The notes beneath the pieces were generated by a model that made no database searches, was not told the origin of the DNA, and saw nothing but the letters and a program-made list of their open reading frames with translations. A stretch of 64,000 bases of DNA, taken from Bacillota bacterium. Lineage in GTDB: Bacteria > Bacillota > Clostridia > Saccharofermentanales > DTU023. Below, one piece after another: positions 19,174-28,660 of this stretch; position 1 is the first letter of the stretch, and the number at the start of each line of letters is the position of its first letter. The stretch spans positions 20,282-84,281 of the forward strand of contig JAEWER010000028.1 of the NCBI GenBank assembly GCA_023389255.1, written 5' to 3'. The translations under genes were made by a program, and so were the position numbers.

Positions 19174-19647
19174 ATGAATAAAGCGATTTTAATGGGTCGA
19201 CTGACCAAGGATCCTGAAAAGAAGACAACACAAAATAATATTAGTGTTTGTTCTTTCACTGTTGCTTGTGACCGTAGATATAAAAATGCTAATGGGCAGA
19301 AGGAAACAGATTTTATTCCTTGTGTTGCCTGGCGTGGTACAGCTGATTTTATTAGCCAGTACTTCAAAAAAGGACAGCGCATTTTAGTTTCAGGAACAAT
19401 TCAACCCAGAAGTTGGGATGACCCCAACGGTGGTGGTCGCAGATACATTACAGAGGTTGTCTGTGATGAAGCCCATTTTGTTGAGTCTAGAGGCGCAGAT
19501 AGCAATGGCGGTGGTAACTACAATAATGCAGGTGGCTATGGTGGTTCGAATAATTTCAATACCAACCAAAGCTCAAATGCCAGCAATATAACACCACCAA
19601 CCTACCAGCCAGATGATTCAGATGCATCGCTTCCTTTTGAGCTATAA
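19174..19647 (+). CDS. ssb: Single-stranded DNA-binding protein
   Basis: MNKAILMGRLTKDPE... OB fold, Gly/Asn-rich linker and an acidic tail ...DDSDASLPFEL. Confidence 0.95.
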   Translation: MNKAILMGRLTKDPEKKTTQNNISVCSFTVACDRRYKNANGQKETDFIPCVAWRGTADFISQYFKKGQRILVSGTIQPRSWDDPNGGGRRYITEVVCDEAHFVESRGADSNGGGNYNNAGGYGGSNNFNTNQSSNASNITPPTYQPDDSDASLPFEL

Positions 19648-19691
19648 CCTAAAATTTTATGCATTGATCTACTGGAGTGAAAGGAAATAAT

Positions 19692-19949
19692 ATGGCTGAA
19701 TTCAAAAAAGGTAGAGACGGTAAAGGTTTCCGTCCCCGCAGAAGCAAGAAGAAAGTAGATTACTTCCACGCCGAGAAAATCGAAAAAATTGATTATAAAG
19801 ATGTAGATACACTACGTCGTTTTATCTCAGAGAGTGGCAAGATTCTACCCCGTCGTATGACCGGAACTTGCGCTAAAAATCAGAGAGCACTGACCAAAGC
19901 GATTAAGCGTGCCAGACAAGTGGCGTTGCTATCCTACACTGGTGAGTAA
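19692..19949 (+). CDS. rpsR: 30S ribosomal protein S18
   Basis: ...[43 protein letters not shown] took the start at the ATG at 19692, which has an upstream RBS. Confidence 0.95.
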   Translation: MAEFKKGRDGKGFRPRRSKKKVDYFHAEKIEKIDYKDVDTLRRFISESGKILPRRMTGTCAKNQRALTKAIKRARQVALLSYTGE

Positions 19950-19954
19950 CAACT

Positions 19955-19985
19955 AAGCCGCGACCGTAAGGAAGCGGCTTTTTTA
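19955..19985 (+). terminator. Rho-independent terminator after rpsR
   Basis: AAGCCGC-N12-GCGGCTT stem followed by a T-run. Confidence 0.8.
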
Positions 19986-19999
19986 CAAAGGAGGCCAAG

Positions 20000-20443
20000 G
20001 TGAAAGTTATTCTATTAGAAGATGTAAAGAACATCGGTAAAAAAGGTGAGATTGTTGACGTAAAGCAAGGTTATGCTAACAACTGTCTGTTCAAGCAAAA
20101 TTTAGCTTTAGAAGCAACGGCAAACAATATCAATATAGTAAAAACCAAGGCCAAAGCAGCTGAGGCAAAAGCAGAACAAAAACTAGAAGAAGCCACAGCC
20201 TTAGCTTCTACATTGAGTAAGAAGATTATTAAAATTCCTGTGAAATGTGGTGGAGCTGGTAAACTCTACGGTAAAGTCACTACCATCGATTTGGCAAAAG
20301 CTTTGGAAGGCGAAGGTTATAAAGTTGACAAGAGAGATATTAGCTTTACTAGCGAAATCAAGCAGCTAGGTGTTTACAAAGCGACTATCAAATTACATCC
20401 TGAAGTTACTACCACCATCAATGTTGAGGTAATCGAAGCATAA
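20000..20443 (+). CDS. rplI: 50S ribosomal protein L9
   Basis: (M)[30 protein letters not shown] start with AAAGGAGG RBS. Confidence 0.95.
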   Translation: MKVILLEDVKNIGKKGEIVDVKQGYANNCLFKQNLALEATANNINIVKTKAKAAEAKAEQKLEEATALASTLSKKIIKIPVKCGGAGKLYGKVTTIDLAKALEGEGYKVDKRDISFTSEIKQLGVYKATIKLHPEVTTTINVEVIEA

Positions 20444-20445
20444 TA

Positions 20446-21861
20446 ATGGCTCGTAATACGCGGATCTCAAATGAATTGATTAAGCGTGTCAGTGAACGCA
20501 TTCCGCCGAGTAACGCTGAGGCGGAAAAGGCAGTGTTAGGTATCGCCCTAGTCGATAATAGCGTGATACCAGAACTGGTTAATTTGTTGCGTCCTGAGCA
20601 ATTTTATTATCAGGATAATCGGTTGATTTATCGTACGATTTTAGAATTGTTTAGTGACAAACAACCTGTTGACTTAATGACTTTGAGTCATGCTTTAGAG
20701 CGTCGTAGTCGCTTAGAGGAAGCAGGCGGTGCAGAGTACATAGCAACTTTGCCCGATGCTGCACCTGTACTCGGCAACTTTGAGCACTATGCGCAAATTA
20801 TCTGTGAAAAGTATAAATTGCGTGAGATTATCCGCTCACTCAACGAGGTGTTGGTGCACGCATACGGGGATAGTGCTTCAATTGATCAGATTATTAATCT
20901 AGCTACGCAACGTTTATATGATGTACGTGAAGATCAAAACACAACGGGTTTTGAAAAAATTGGTCCAGTTGTAGCAGGTTTGCTCAATTCTTTTGCGCAA
21001 GATGAAGCGGAGCAAGGTCACCGCTCTGTGAGCTCAGGCTTTGCTGAGATAGATAATATTTTAGGTGGTTTGAAAAAAGGTGCATTGATTGTTATCGCGG
21101 CTAGACCAGGTATGGGTAAGACGGCCTTAGCTTTGAATATAGCTCGCCAAGCTGCTTTCCAGGGCCAAGCTGGAACGGCTATATTCAGCTTAGAAATGTC
21201 CAAAGAAGAACTCGCAACCCGTATTCTATCTTCCTATCTGGCAATCGATTCGCAGAAATTCAACGAGCACAATATACGTGAAGCAGAGTGGGATAAATTG
21301 CGCCAAGCATTTAGTGATATCTACCCTGCGCCTATTTATATCGATGATAGATCGGGCACAAGTACACTCGATATGTTGGCTAAGTGTAGACAGCTGAAGC
21401 TGGAGGGTAAATTAGATTTGGTTGTTGTTGACTACTTGCAACTAATGGCTGGTAATGGTGGAGCTAGAGAAAGTAGACAACAAGAAATTTCTGATATCTC
21501 TAGGCAGCTTAAAGTGATGGCACGTGAGTTAGATGTGCCAGTAATTGCTTTATCACAGCTATCTCGTTCTTGTGAAGCTAGATCAGATAAAAGACCTGTA
21601 TTGTCTGATTTGCGTGATTCGGGCGCCATCGAACAGGATGCAGACGTTGTAATGTTTATCTATCGAGATTCTGTTTATAACAATGACAGTGCGCCAGCAG
21701 AAACTGAATCGGCAGAATTGATCATTGCTAAAAATCGTCACGGACAAACACGTAAAGTTAATATTGGTTGGTTGCCTGCTTATACGACATTCTATGAGTA
21801 TGACTATTCTGATCATCTCGATAAGTTAGATGCTCCCGATCCTACCCCTCCTCCGTTCTAA
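20446..21861 (+). CDS. dnaB: Replicative DNA helicase DnaB
   Basis: PPSNAEAEKAVLG N-terminal motif, Walker A ARPGMGKT, and a RecA-like C-terminal domain. Confidence 0.95.
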   Translation: MARNTRISNELIKRVSERIPPSNAEAEKAVLGIALVDNSVIPELVNLLRPEQFYYQDNRLIYRTILELFSDKQPVDLMTLSHALERRSRLEEAGGAEYIATLPDAAPVLGNFEHYAQIICEKYKLREIIRSLNEVLVHAYGDSASIDQIINLATQRLYDVREDQNTTGFEKIGPVVAGLLNSFAQDEAEQGHRSVSSGFAEIDNILGGLKKGALIVIAARPGMGKTALALNIARQAAFQGQAGTAIFSLEMSKEELATRILSSYLAIDSQKFNEHNIREAEWDKLRQAFSDIYPAPIYIDDRSGTSTLDMLAKCRQLKLEGKLDLVVVDYLQLMAGNGGARESRQQEISDISRQLKVMARELDVPVIALSQLSRSCEARSDKRPVLSDLRDSGAIEQDADVVMFIYRDSVYNNDSAPAETESAELIIAKNRHGQTRKVNIGWLPAYTTFYEYDYSDHLDKLDAPDPTPPPF

Positions 21862-21866
21862 GCTGT

Positions 21867-22979
21867 ATGCTATATGATTTTGAAGCAGAATTTCATAATC
21901 TAGAGCGTAGAGCCTTGGAGTTGGGCGTTTTGCTAAGAGTATCAACTACTTTTGTTGTGGCAGTTTCTGGAGGGATAGATTCCGTTACTGCTTTACATTT
22001 CTTAGCTTGGCTTCAACAAAAATATCCTATAAATGTTGTGGTAGCACACGTCAATCATGGTTTGCGAGTTGAAGCAAAAAACGATAGTGATTTTGTATCT
22101 AAGCTGGCTAAAAGTTATGGTTTTCCCTATTACGAGAAAACCATAGCAGTGTCTGAAGTGGCACAAGCACGTGGCATGGGTATTGAAGAAGCAGGGCGTT
22201 ATGTTCGTAAATGCTTTTGGCAAGAGCTTTGTCAGGAATTATTCGCTACGAATGAAAGCATAAGCGAAGCAGCTGAAAGTTTACTTGCGCCAGCAACTCT
22301 ACCTGTTGTTGTAGAAGGTCATCAGCAAAATGATGTAGCTGAAACGGTATTACTAAATATTTTGCGTGGTACAGGGCTAGATGGTCTTTGTTCTTTAAGT
22401 GAGTGGCAGTTGATTGTAGACGCACAAAAGCAACAATCACATTACTTATGGCGACCGTTGCTGAGCTTATCACGCCAACGCATTTGTGACTTAGCAGAAC
22501 ACTGTGGACTGGTTTGGTGCGAAGATCAAAGCAATTATGAGACAATTTACACTCGCAATATATTGCGTAATGAACTGTTGCCTAAATTGGAAGAAAAATT
22601 TCCTCAAACTCGTTCCCAGTTAGCCAAATTAAGCCAATCACTACAAGCAGAGCGTGAAATCTTAGAGCAAATGGCGCAGAATTTGTTAGATCAAATTAGA
22701 ATTAAGGAAATAAATTGTGACCGCATAAATCTTAAAAAGAGTGTGATCAGTCGTCAGCAACTAAAAAAGCAAGCGACAGGCTTGCGCAAGCGCATCATCA
22801 AACTATGGTTGTTACAATTTGGTGTAACAGATATCAATGCGGAACAATTGAATAAATTGGACATGTTGTGCACAGGAACCACGCATCATGCTAGCGTTCA
22901 TTTAGCACATGGTTATATAGTTAAATTGGACTTAAAAAACTTGTATGTAAGCCAAGAGCAAGCAGAGGGGGATTCATAA
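21867..22979 (+). CDS. tilS: tRNA(Ile)-lysidine synthase
   Basis: PP-loop VAVSGGIDS. tilS-hpt-ftsH synteny. Confidence 0.85.
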   Translation: MLYDFEAEFHNLERRALELGVLLRVSTTFVVAVSGGIDSVTALHFLAWLQQKYPINVVVAHVNHGLRVEAKNDSDFVSKLAKSYGFPYYEKTIAVSEVAQARGMGIEEAGRYVRKCFWQELCQELFATNESISEAAESLLAPATLPVVVEGHQQNDVAETVLLNILRGTGLDGLCSLSEWQLIVDAQKQQSHYLWRPLLSLSRQRICDLAEHCGLVWCEDQSNYETIYTRNILRNELLPKLEEKFPQTRSQLAKLSQSLQAEREILEQMAQNLLDQIRIKEINCDRINLKKSVISRQQLKKQATGLRKRIIKLWLLQFGVTDINAEQLNKLDMLCTGTTHHASVHLAHGYIVKLDLKNLYVSQEQAEGDS

Positions 22980-23512
22980 TGGCGAAAGAAGTTAAAAGCG
23001 TTTTGGTCGCACGAGATCAAATTAAAGAAATGTGCCAAAGGCTGGGTGCAGAGATTACCGCAGACTACAAAGATGAAGATATCGTATTAATTTGTGTTTT
23101 GCGTGGAGCAGTGGTTTTCTTAGCCGATTTAATGCGCTACATTGAGCGCCCTTGTGAAATCGATTTTTTATCAGTTTCTAGCTACTGTGGTACAGAGAGC
23201 ACAGGGATTGTCAAGATAATAAAAGATTTAGATGATTCAATCGAGGGACGCAATGTAATAATTGTGGAAGACATCATTGACTCAGGATTAACTCTGTCAC
23301 ACCTCATCGAGATGCTCCGTGTACGTAAACCTAGAAGTATTCGCATCTGCACAGCTTTTAATAAACCTAATCGCCGTAAGGCTAATGTTAAAGTAGATTA
23401 CATTGGCATGGATATCCCCGATGAATTCGTAGTAGGTTACGGGTTAGATTACGATGGACAATATCGCAATCTACCTGATATTTGTATCTTGGGTGATAGA
23501 GAAGAAAAATAA
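22979..23512 (+). CDS. hpt: Hypoxanthine-guanine phosphoribosyltransferase
   Basis: PRPP-binding loop VIIVEDIIDSGLTL. 177 aa. Confidence 0.9.
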   Translation: MAKEVKSVLVARDQIKEMCQRLGAEITADYKDEDIVLICVLRGAVVFLADLMRYIERPCEIDFLSVSSYCGTESTGIVKIIKDLDDSIEGRNVIIVEDIIDSGLTLSHLIEMLRVRKPRSIRICTAFNKPNRRKANVKVDYIGMDIPDEFVVGYGLDYDGQYRNLPDICILGDREEK

Positions 23513-23564
23513 TAGTTAGTATTATTGCAACGCAAACAATAAGTAAACACTTCAGGAGTGCTTA

Positions 23565-25544
23565 ATGAATAAACGTAATGGTAAGTTCGGTTCAACTGGA
23601 CTTATTTTCTACTTAGTGCTCGCGCTGGTTATTATTGCTAGTGCTTTTTTCATGCGCCGAGTGGGTGATTTAGGTGATATCACACTTTCTGATGTCAACC
23701 AAATGATCCAAAAAGGTCAAGTTGAATCAATTGTGATCAATGGCTCGCGTATGGATATAGAGCTAACGAAGGAAGCGAGCAAAGATAAATCTGCTAATCG
23801 TATCAGCAAACAGATTCACCAATTGATGGTGCCTGAATATGCTGAGATGGCGCAGAAAGCAGTTGAAAAAGGTCTAGTCAAAAAATTTGATTACACTAAA
23901 CCGTTTGATACAGCTACATTTGTCAATGGTTTAACCATGTTGATATTTGTGGGTGGCATGGCTTTCTTCTTATGGTTGACCTTCAAGCAAAGAGGTGATG
24001 GTGCTGGGGCTCTAGGTTTTGGTAGAAGTAAAGCAAGGTTACAAGATCCCAAAGAGAATAAAGTTCGCTTCACCGATGTGGCAGGTGCTGAAGAAGAAAA
24101 AGAAGAGTTAGCAGAAGTCGTAGACTTCTTGCGCGACCCACAAAAATACACCAAGTTGGGAGCTAAAATTCCTCGTGGTCTTTTGATGGTGGGACCTCCA
24201 GGTACGGGTAAAACATTGCTAGCTAAAGCTGTTGCTGGTGAAGCTAATGTACCTTTCTTCTCCATCTCCGGTTCAGATTTTGTGGAGATGTTCGTAGGTG
24301 TTGGTGCTTCGCGCGTGCGTGATATGTTTGATCAAGCCAAAAAGAAAGCACCTAGCATTCTGTTTATCGATGAGATTGATGCCGTTGGTAGACAGCGTGG
24401 CGCTGGCTTAGGTGGCGGTCACGATGAACGTGAACAAACCTTGAATCAGTTACTGGTTGAAATGGATGGCTTTGGTCCCAATCAGGGAGTCATCGTAATG
24501 GCAGCAACTAACCGCCCAGATATTTTAGATCCTGCCTTATTACGTCCAGGTAGATTTGATCGTCGAATAACTGTAAATAGACCTGACCAAAAAGGACGTG
24601 AAGCAATTTTGAAAGTACATGCTAGAAATAAGCCAATTGAACAGCATATCAGTTTGGCAGAAATTGCTAAAATCACTCCTGGTTTTACAGGTGCAGACTT
24701 AGCGAACTTGTTGAATGAGGCTGCCTTGCTAGCGGCTAGAAAAAACGCCACCACTATTACCTACTCTGATATTGCTGAAGCGGTATACAAAATAACGGTT
24801 GGACCGGAAAAGAAGAGCCGTGTAATAAGTCAAAAAGAACGTGTCTTAACAGCCTATCATGAGGGTGGTCATGCCATTATCTTGCGTGCGGTATCTAAGA
24901 CACAGCGAGTGGAGAGAGTTACTATAATTCCCGCAGGTGATGCTGGTGGATATACTGCCTACAAGCCAAATGAAGATCTGATTTTTAGCACCAAAGGTGA
25001 TCTCTTAAATTCTATTATGGTTGCCCTTGGTGGTAGGGCTGCTGAACAATTGACGCAAGATGATATAACAACTGGGGCATCAGCTGATTTACAACACTGT
25101 AATTCAATTGCTAGAGACATGATCGTGCGCTATGGTATGAGCGAAAAGCTGGGAAACTTTGTTTTCAGTGATTCCGATGAGGTATTCCTTGGACGTGATT
25201 ATGGTCATAACAGCAAATATAGTGAGGCAATCACAGCTCAAGTAGATCGTGAAGTCGAGAAAATTTTGGCTGATTGCTATGCGAAAGTCCTAGGTATTTT
25301 AGAGAAAAATCGTTTATTGATGGACAAACTAACTGAAGTTCTCTTAGCTAAAGAAAAAATTGAGGGACCAGAATTTGAAGAACTGTATCGTCAATACGCT
25401 GTGGACTTCGAACCATTACCAGAACAGGCTGAATCTGTTTATATTTCTCAGCTAGCTGGCAAGGATTCAGAGCCAAAAAGCAAAGAGCTACCGCAAGACT
25501 TGAGTGGTGGTAATGAAGCAGAAGAGCCAGAAGAACAACTCTAG
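23565..25544 (+). CDS. ftsH: ATP-dependent zinc metalloprotease FtsH
   Basis: Two TM helices, AAA+ Walker [12 protein letters not shown] region and HEGGH zinc site. Confidence 0.97.
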   Translation: MNKRNGKFGSTGLIFYLVLALVIIASAFFMRRVGDLGDITLSDVNQMIQKGQVESIVINGSRMDIELTKEASKDKSANRISKQIHQLMVPEYAEMAQKAVEKGLVKKFDYTKPFDTATFVNGLTMLIFVGGMAFFLWLTFKQRGDGAGALGFGRSKARLQDPKENKVRFTDVAGAEEEKEELAEVVDFLRDPQKYTKLGAKIPRGLLMVGPPGTGKTLLAKAVAGEANVPFFSISGSDFVEMFVGVGASRVRDMFDQAKKKAPSILFIDEIDAVGRQRGAGLGGGHDEREQTLNQLLVEMDGFGPNQGVIVMAATNRPDILDPALLRPGRFDRRITVNRPDQKGREAILKVHARNKPIEQHISLAEIAKITPGFTGADLANLLNEAALLAARKNATTITYSDIAEAVYKITVGPEKKSRVISQKERVLTAYHEGGHAIILRAVSKTQRVERVTIIPAGDAGGYTAYKPNEDLIFSTKGDLLNSIMVALGGRAAEQLTQDDITTGASADLQHCNSIARDMIVRYGMSEKLGNFVFSDSDEVFLGRDYGHNSKYSEAITAQVDREVEKILADCYAKVLGILEKNRLLMDKLTEVLLAKEKIEGPEFEELYRQYAVDFEPLPEQAESVYISQLAGKDSEPKSKELPQDLSGGNEAEEPEEQL

Positions 25545-25577
25545 TATTACTGGTCAGTGGTATACTTTTACATCATA

Positions 25578-25604
25578 GGAGCACTTTAAGTGCTCCTTGT
25601 TATT
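25578..25604 (+). terminator. Rho-independent terminator after ftsH
   Basis: GGAGCAC-tttaa-GTGCTCC followed by a T-rich tract. Confidence 0.7.
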
Positions 25605-25613
25605 GGAGTTAAA

Positions 25614-26642
25614 ATGAAGCGCCTGAAATCAGCAAGACCATATGTAATTTTATCTAGTTGGATTTGTTTAATAGTTGCCGCAGTTCTTTCGCTGGGTGGT
25701 TTTGTTATTGGCACCAATAGAGGTGTGACACAGGATTATTTCAGACAACAAGCATCAGCTAATACATTAGCAGCTGATATTGAAGATGTTGTAGGCAAGA
25801 ACAAAAATAATAGCTACTGGCAAGAAATTGATGCTAAGAGGGCGCAAGTTTCCTCACAGATAGCAGAATCTAAGCGCTTGCAACAAGAGCAACAAAAGAT
25901 AGCTGCTCAAGTACATTATTTTCCACCTGAAAATTCACCTTTTGTTCCTAAAGAAACTGAGGCAAAAGATTTAAGCTATTTTGATGATGCACTGTTTATT
26001 GGGGATTCGATTGGTGTTGGTACATACTACTACAGTGGTCTGGCAGAGCACGCAACTTTCTTAACCGCTATTGGCTTAAGAGCCGTTCATTATAACGAGG
26101 AATTTCCCAACCCTTTTACCCCAGAAAGACCAGAAATTAACACGATCAAACAATTTTTAGAAAGTAATGTAGATAAATTCACCAAGGTTATTCTGGAAAT
26201 AGGTACTAATGAAGGATATGACTATGATACTGATTATTATCAATCTCTTTATGAAAAACTAATAGATGGTATTAAACGGACCCAGCCACGAGCGGTGATT
26301 TATATTGAATCTGTTCCACCCGTCGAAAGGGCTTTTGATGGCGTAGATATTAGCAACAAGACAGTCAAAAAGATAAACGAGTTACATTACCATTTTTGTG
26401 AACTGTTTGGCTGTTACTACTTAGATAGCTCCTCAGCAATTATGGATGATGATGGCTATTTACCAGCTGGATCAGCCGGGGATGGAATCCATTTTGGTAG
26501 CGAACTACATTTACCGAAAAATTTGTATGTGCGTAAACATATGGCAGAAAAGCCACCAGTAGTGCCAAAAGAACAAACTCAAACAATGAGTCGATCTACA
26601 ACTATTACTGTAATGACAAATAGCACCAAGAAAGGGAATTAG
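25614..26642 (+). CDS. Membrane-anchored SGNH/GDSL-family hydrolase or acyltransferase
   Basis: N-terminal TM helix. SGNH blocks FIGDSIG (I), EIGTNE (III) and GDGIHF (V). I moved the start to the ATG at 25614, downstream of the ftsH terminator. Confidence 0.65.
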   Translation: MKRLKSARPYVILSSWICLIVAAVLSLGGFVIGTNRGVTQDYFRQQASANTLAADIEDVVGKNKNNSYWQEIDAKRAQVSSQIAESKRLQQEQQKIAAQVHYFPPENSPFVPKETEAKDLSYFDDALFIGDSIGVGTYYYSGLAEHATFLTAIGLRAVHYNEEFPNPFTPERPEINTIKQFLESNVDKFTKVILEIGTNEGYDYDTDYYQSLYEKLIDGIKRTQPRAVIYIESVPPVERAFDGVDISNKTVKKINELHYHFCELFGCYYLDSSSAIMDDDGYLPAGSAGDGIHFGSELHLPKNLYVRKHMAEKPPVVPKEQTQTMSRSTTITVMTNSTKKGN

Positions 26643-27116
26643 ATGAAGCGTTTACGACAATTATCGCTGTGGGTATTAGTTACTGTTCTAGTTTTAGGGT
26701 TGGTTGGTTGTGGTAATAACCAAAAACAACGTGATATGGAATCACTGTATGCTGATCTAAATAAGCAAATTAATTTTTCTAATCAGATGTCAGAGTTAAC
26801 TAGTGAAGAGTTACCAGAAACGATGAATTACGATCCAGCGGATTTGGTTGACTCGATTGCTTATATTGCAGGAGATGGTGCAACAGCTGATACATGTATC
26901 ATATTAGAAGCTAAAGATCGTAGAGCGTGCAAGCGTTTGGTGAAAGCGCTGAGTGGTCGCAAAGACAACTTGTTAAAATCGTTCCGTGACTATGTTCCAG
27001 CTGAGATTTCCAAAATTGAAGGTGCCGTTTTAGATAGCAACGGTAAGTATGCCGTATTAGTTATTTCTCCCGATAATCATGTAGCTCAACAAATTGTTGA
27101 AAAATGGTTTAAGTAG
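26643..27116 (+). CDS. Small lipoprotein (DUF4358-like)
   Basis: Signal peptide with lipobox LVGC. Its size and its position next to MBOAT and DHHW genes are typical of DUF4358 proteins of Clostridia. The family assignment is from memory only. Confidence 0.55.
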   Translation: MKRLRQLSLWVLVTVLVLGLVGCGNNQKQRDMESLYADLNKQINFSNQMSELTSEELPETMNYDPADLVDSIAYIAGDGATADTCIILEAKDRRACKRLVKALSGRKDNLLKSFRDYVPAEISKIEGAVLDSNGKYAVLVISPDNHVAQQIVEKWFK

Positions 27117-27123
27117 GTAAGCA

Positions 27124-28653
27124 ATGGTATTTAGTAGTATTCCTTTTCTTTTCTATTTCCTTCCCATTACCTTGCTAGTTTACTACCTAGTTAAGCGTAA
27201 GTTGCGCAACTTTGTACTCTTTGTTTTCAGCTTGCTATTTTATGCTTGGGGTGAGCCCGTTTATGCATTGCTGATGCTGTTTTCGATCGTAGTTAACTAT
27301 TGCTTTGGTTTAGTGCTAAATAAGTCATTACAAAGGGATAAGAAAAAACAGCTAAAATCGATAGAAAATGCGCAATTTAGCTCGGAAGCGAAAGCAAATG
27401 AAATGCTTTTCCCCTTAGAGAATAAACGATACCGTAGTGCTACGAGTAAGATCATTTTAGCTTTGTGTTGCTTATTCAATTTGGGCATTTTGTTTTATTT
27501 CAAATATTTCAGTTTCATAGTTGATAGTATCGTTGACTTAACAGGCGCTAACTTGCCAATTTATGATATTGCTCTGCCCATAGGTATATCTTTTTATACT
27601 TTTCAGATCATGAGTTATGTAATAGATCTTTATCGTGAGGATGCGACAGTAGAGAAGAACATACTTAACTTAGGTACCTACATAACTATGTTCCCACAGC
27701 TGATAGCTGGACCGATAGTACGGTTTAAGACTATCGCTGAACAATTGCGTAGCCGTAAAGAGTCGGTGAGTTTGTTCCGTATAGGTGTGCGAAAATTTGT
27801 GATTGGACTAGCTAAAAAAGTCTTGTTAGCTAATCAAGCTGGTGAAATCTGGGCACTAGCCCAAAATTATAGCAATGGAGATATGCCTACTCTTATGGCA
27901 TGGCTTGCGGTAATTGGTTACACGCTACAAATCTATTTCGACTTTTCAGGCTATTCAGATATGGCGTTAGGTCTGGGCATGATGTTTGGTATGAAGTTTG
28001 AAATTAACTTCAATTACCCTTATATAGCCAGTAGTATCACAGACTTTTGGCGCAGATGGCATATTTCGCTTTCTACATGGTTCAAAGAATATCTATATAT
28101 TCCGCTTGGTGGTAACCGTAAAGGTAAAATATGCCAAATCAGAAATATATTGTTAGTCTGGTTAGCAACTGGTATTTGGCACGGAGCTGGCTGGAACTTC
28201 CTGCTTTGGGGTCTCTATTTTGCCATCCTATTATTGATCGAAAAGTTTTTTTTGGCACAGATTTACAGCAAGCTACCTAAGGTGATTCCTCATTTCATTA
28301 CAATGCTACTGGTAGTACTTGGTTTCGCCTTATTTGCCGAGACAGATTTTTATCGTTTAGCAGAGATGTTTAAGTCGCTCTTTGCTATCAATGGTGCTGG
28401 AATTGTGGATCAGGCTACAGTTTACTACTGGCTGGAATACATTTTCTTGCTAGCAGTGATGATCATTGGTGCTACTCCTTTGCCCAGAAATCTGTGGTAT
28501 ATAGCAGAAGAAAATGTCAAATTAAGTGGCTCTGTTGGCTTGCGCTTATTCTGGGAATTGGTACAAGTAGCTATAGGACTGCTTATAGTAGTACTGGTCA
28601 TTGCCTGCTTGGTCCGTAATAGCTTTAATCCTTTCTTATATTTCCGCTTTTAG
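27124..28653 (+). CDS. MBOAT-family membrane O-acyltransferase (AlgI/DltB/PatA-like)
   Basis: Polytopic protein with ISFYTFQ, FWRRWHISLS..W and the catalytic-His region GIWHGAGWNF. Confidence 0.9.
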   Translation: MVFSSIPFLFYFLPITLLVYYLVKRKLRNFVLFVFSLLFYAWGEPVYALLMLFSIVVNYCFGLVLNKSLQRDKKKQLKSIENAQFSSEAKANEMLFPLENKRYRSATSKIILALCCLFNLGILFYFKYFSFIVDSIVDLTGANLPIYDIALPIGISFYTFQIMSYVIDLYREDATVEKNILNLGTYITMFPQLIAGPIVRFKTIAEQLRSRKESVSLFRIGVRKFVIGLAKKVLLANQAGEIWALAQNYSNGDMPTLMAWLAVIGYTLQIYFDFSGYSDMALGLGMMFGMKFEINFNYPYIASSITDFWRRWHISLSTWFKEYLYIPLGGNRKGKICQIRNILLVWLATGIWHGAGWNFLLWGLYFAILLLIEKFFLAQIYSKLPKVIPHFITMLLVVLGFALFAETDFYRLAEMFKSLFAINGAGIVDQATVYYWLEYIFLLAVMIIGATPLPRNLWYIAEENVKLSGSVGLRLFWELVQVAIGLLIVVLVIACLVRNSFNPFLYFRF

Positions 28654-28660
28654 GTGAGAT

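Noticed and set aside
19480-19600. GGN/AAT-rich low-complexity DNA in ssb, plus Lys/Glu-rich runs at 29040-29260
   Set aside because: These encode the Gly/Asn linker of SSB and the charged arm of the DHHW protein. They are in-frame compositional bias, not tandem repeats or independent elements.
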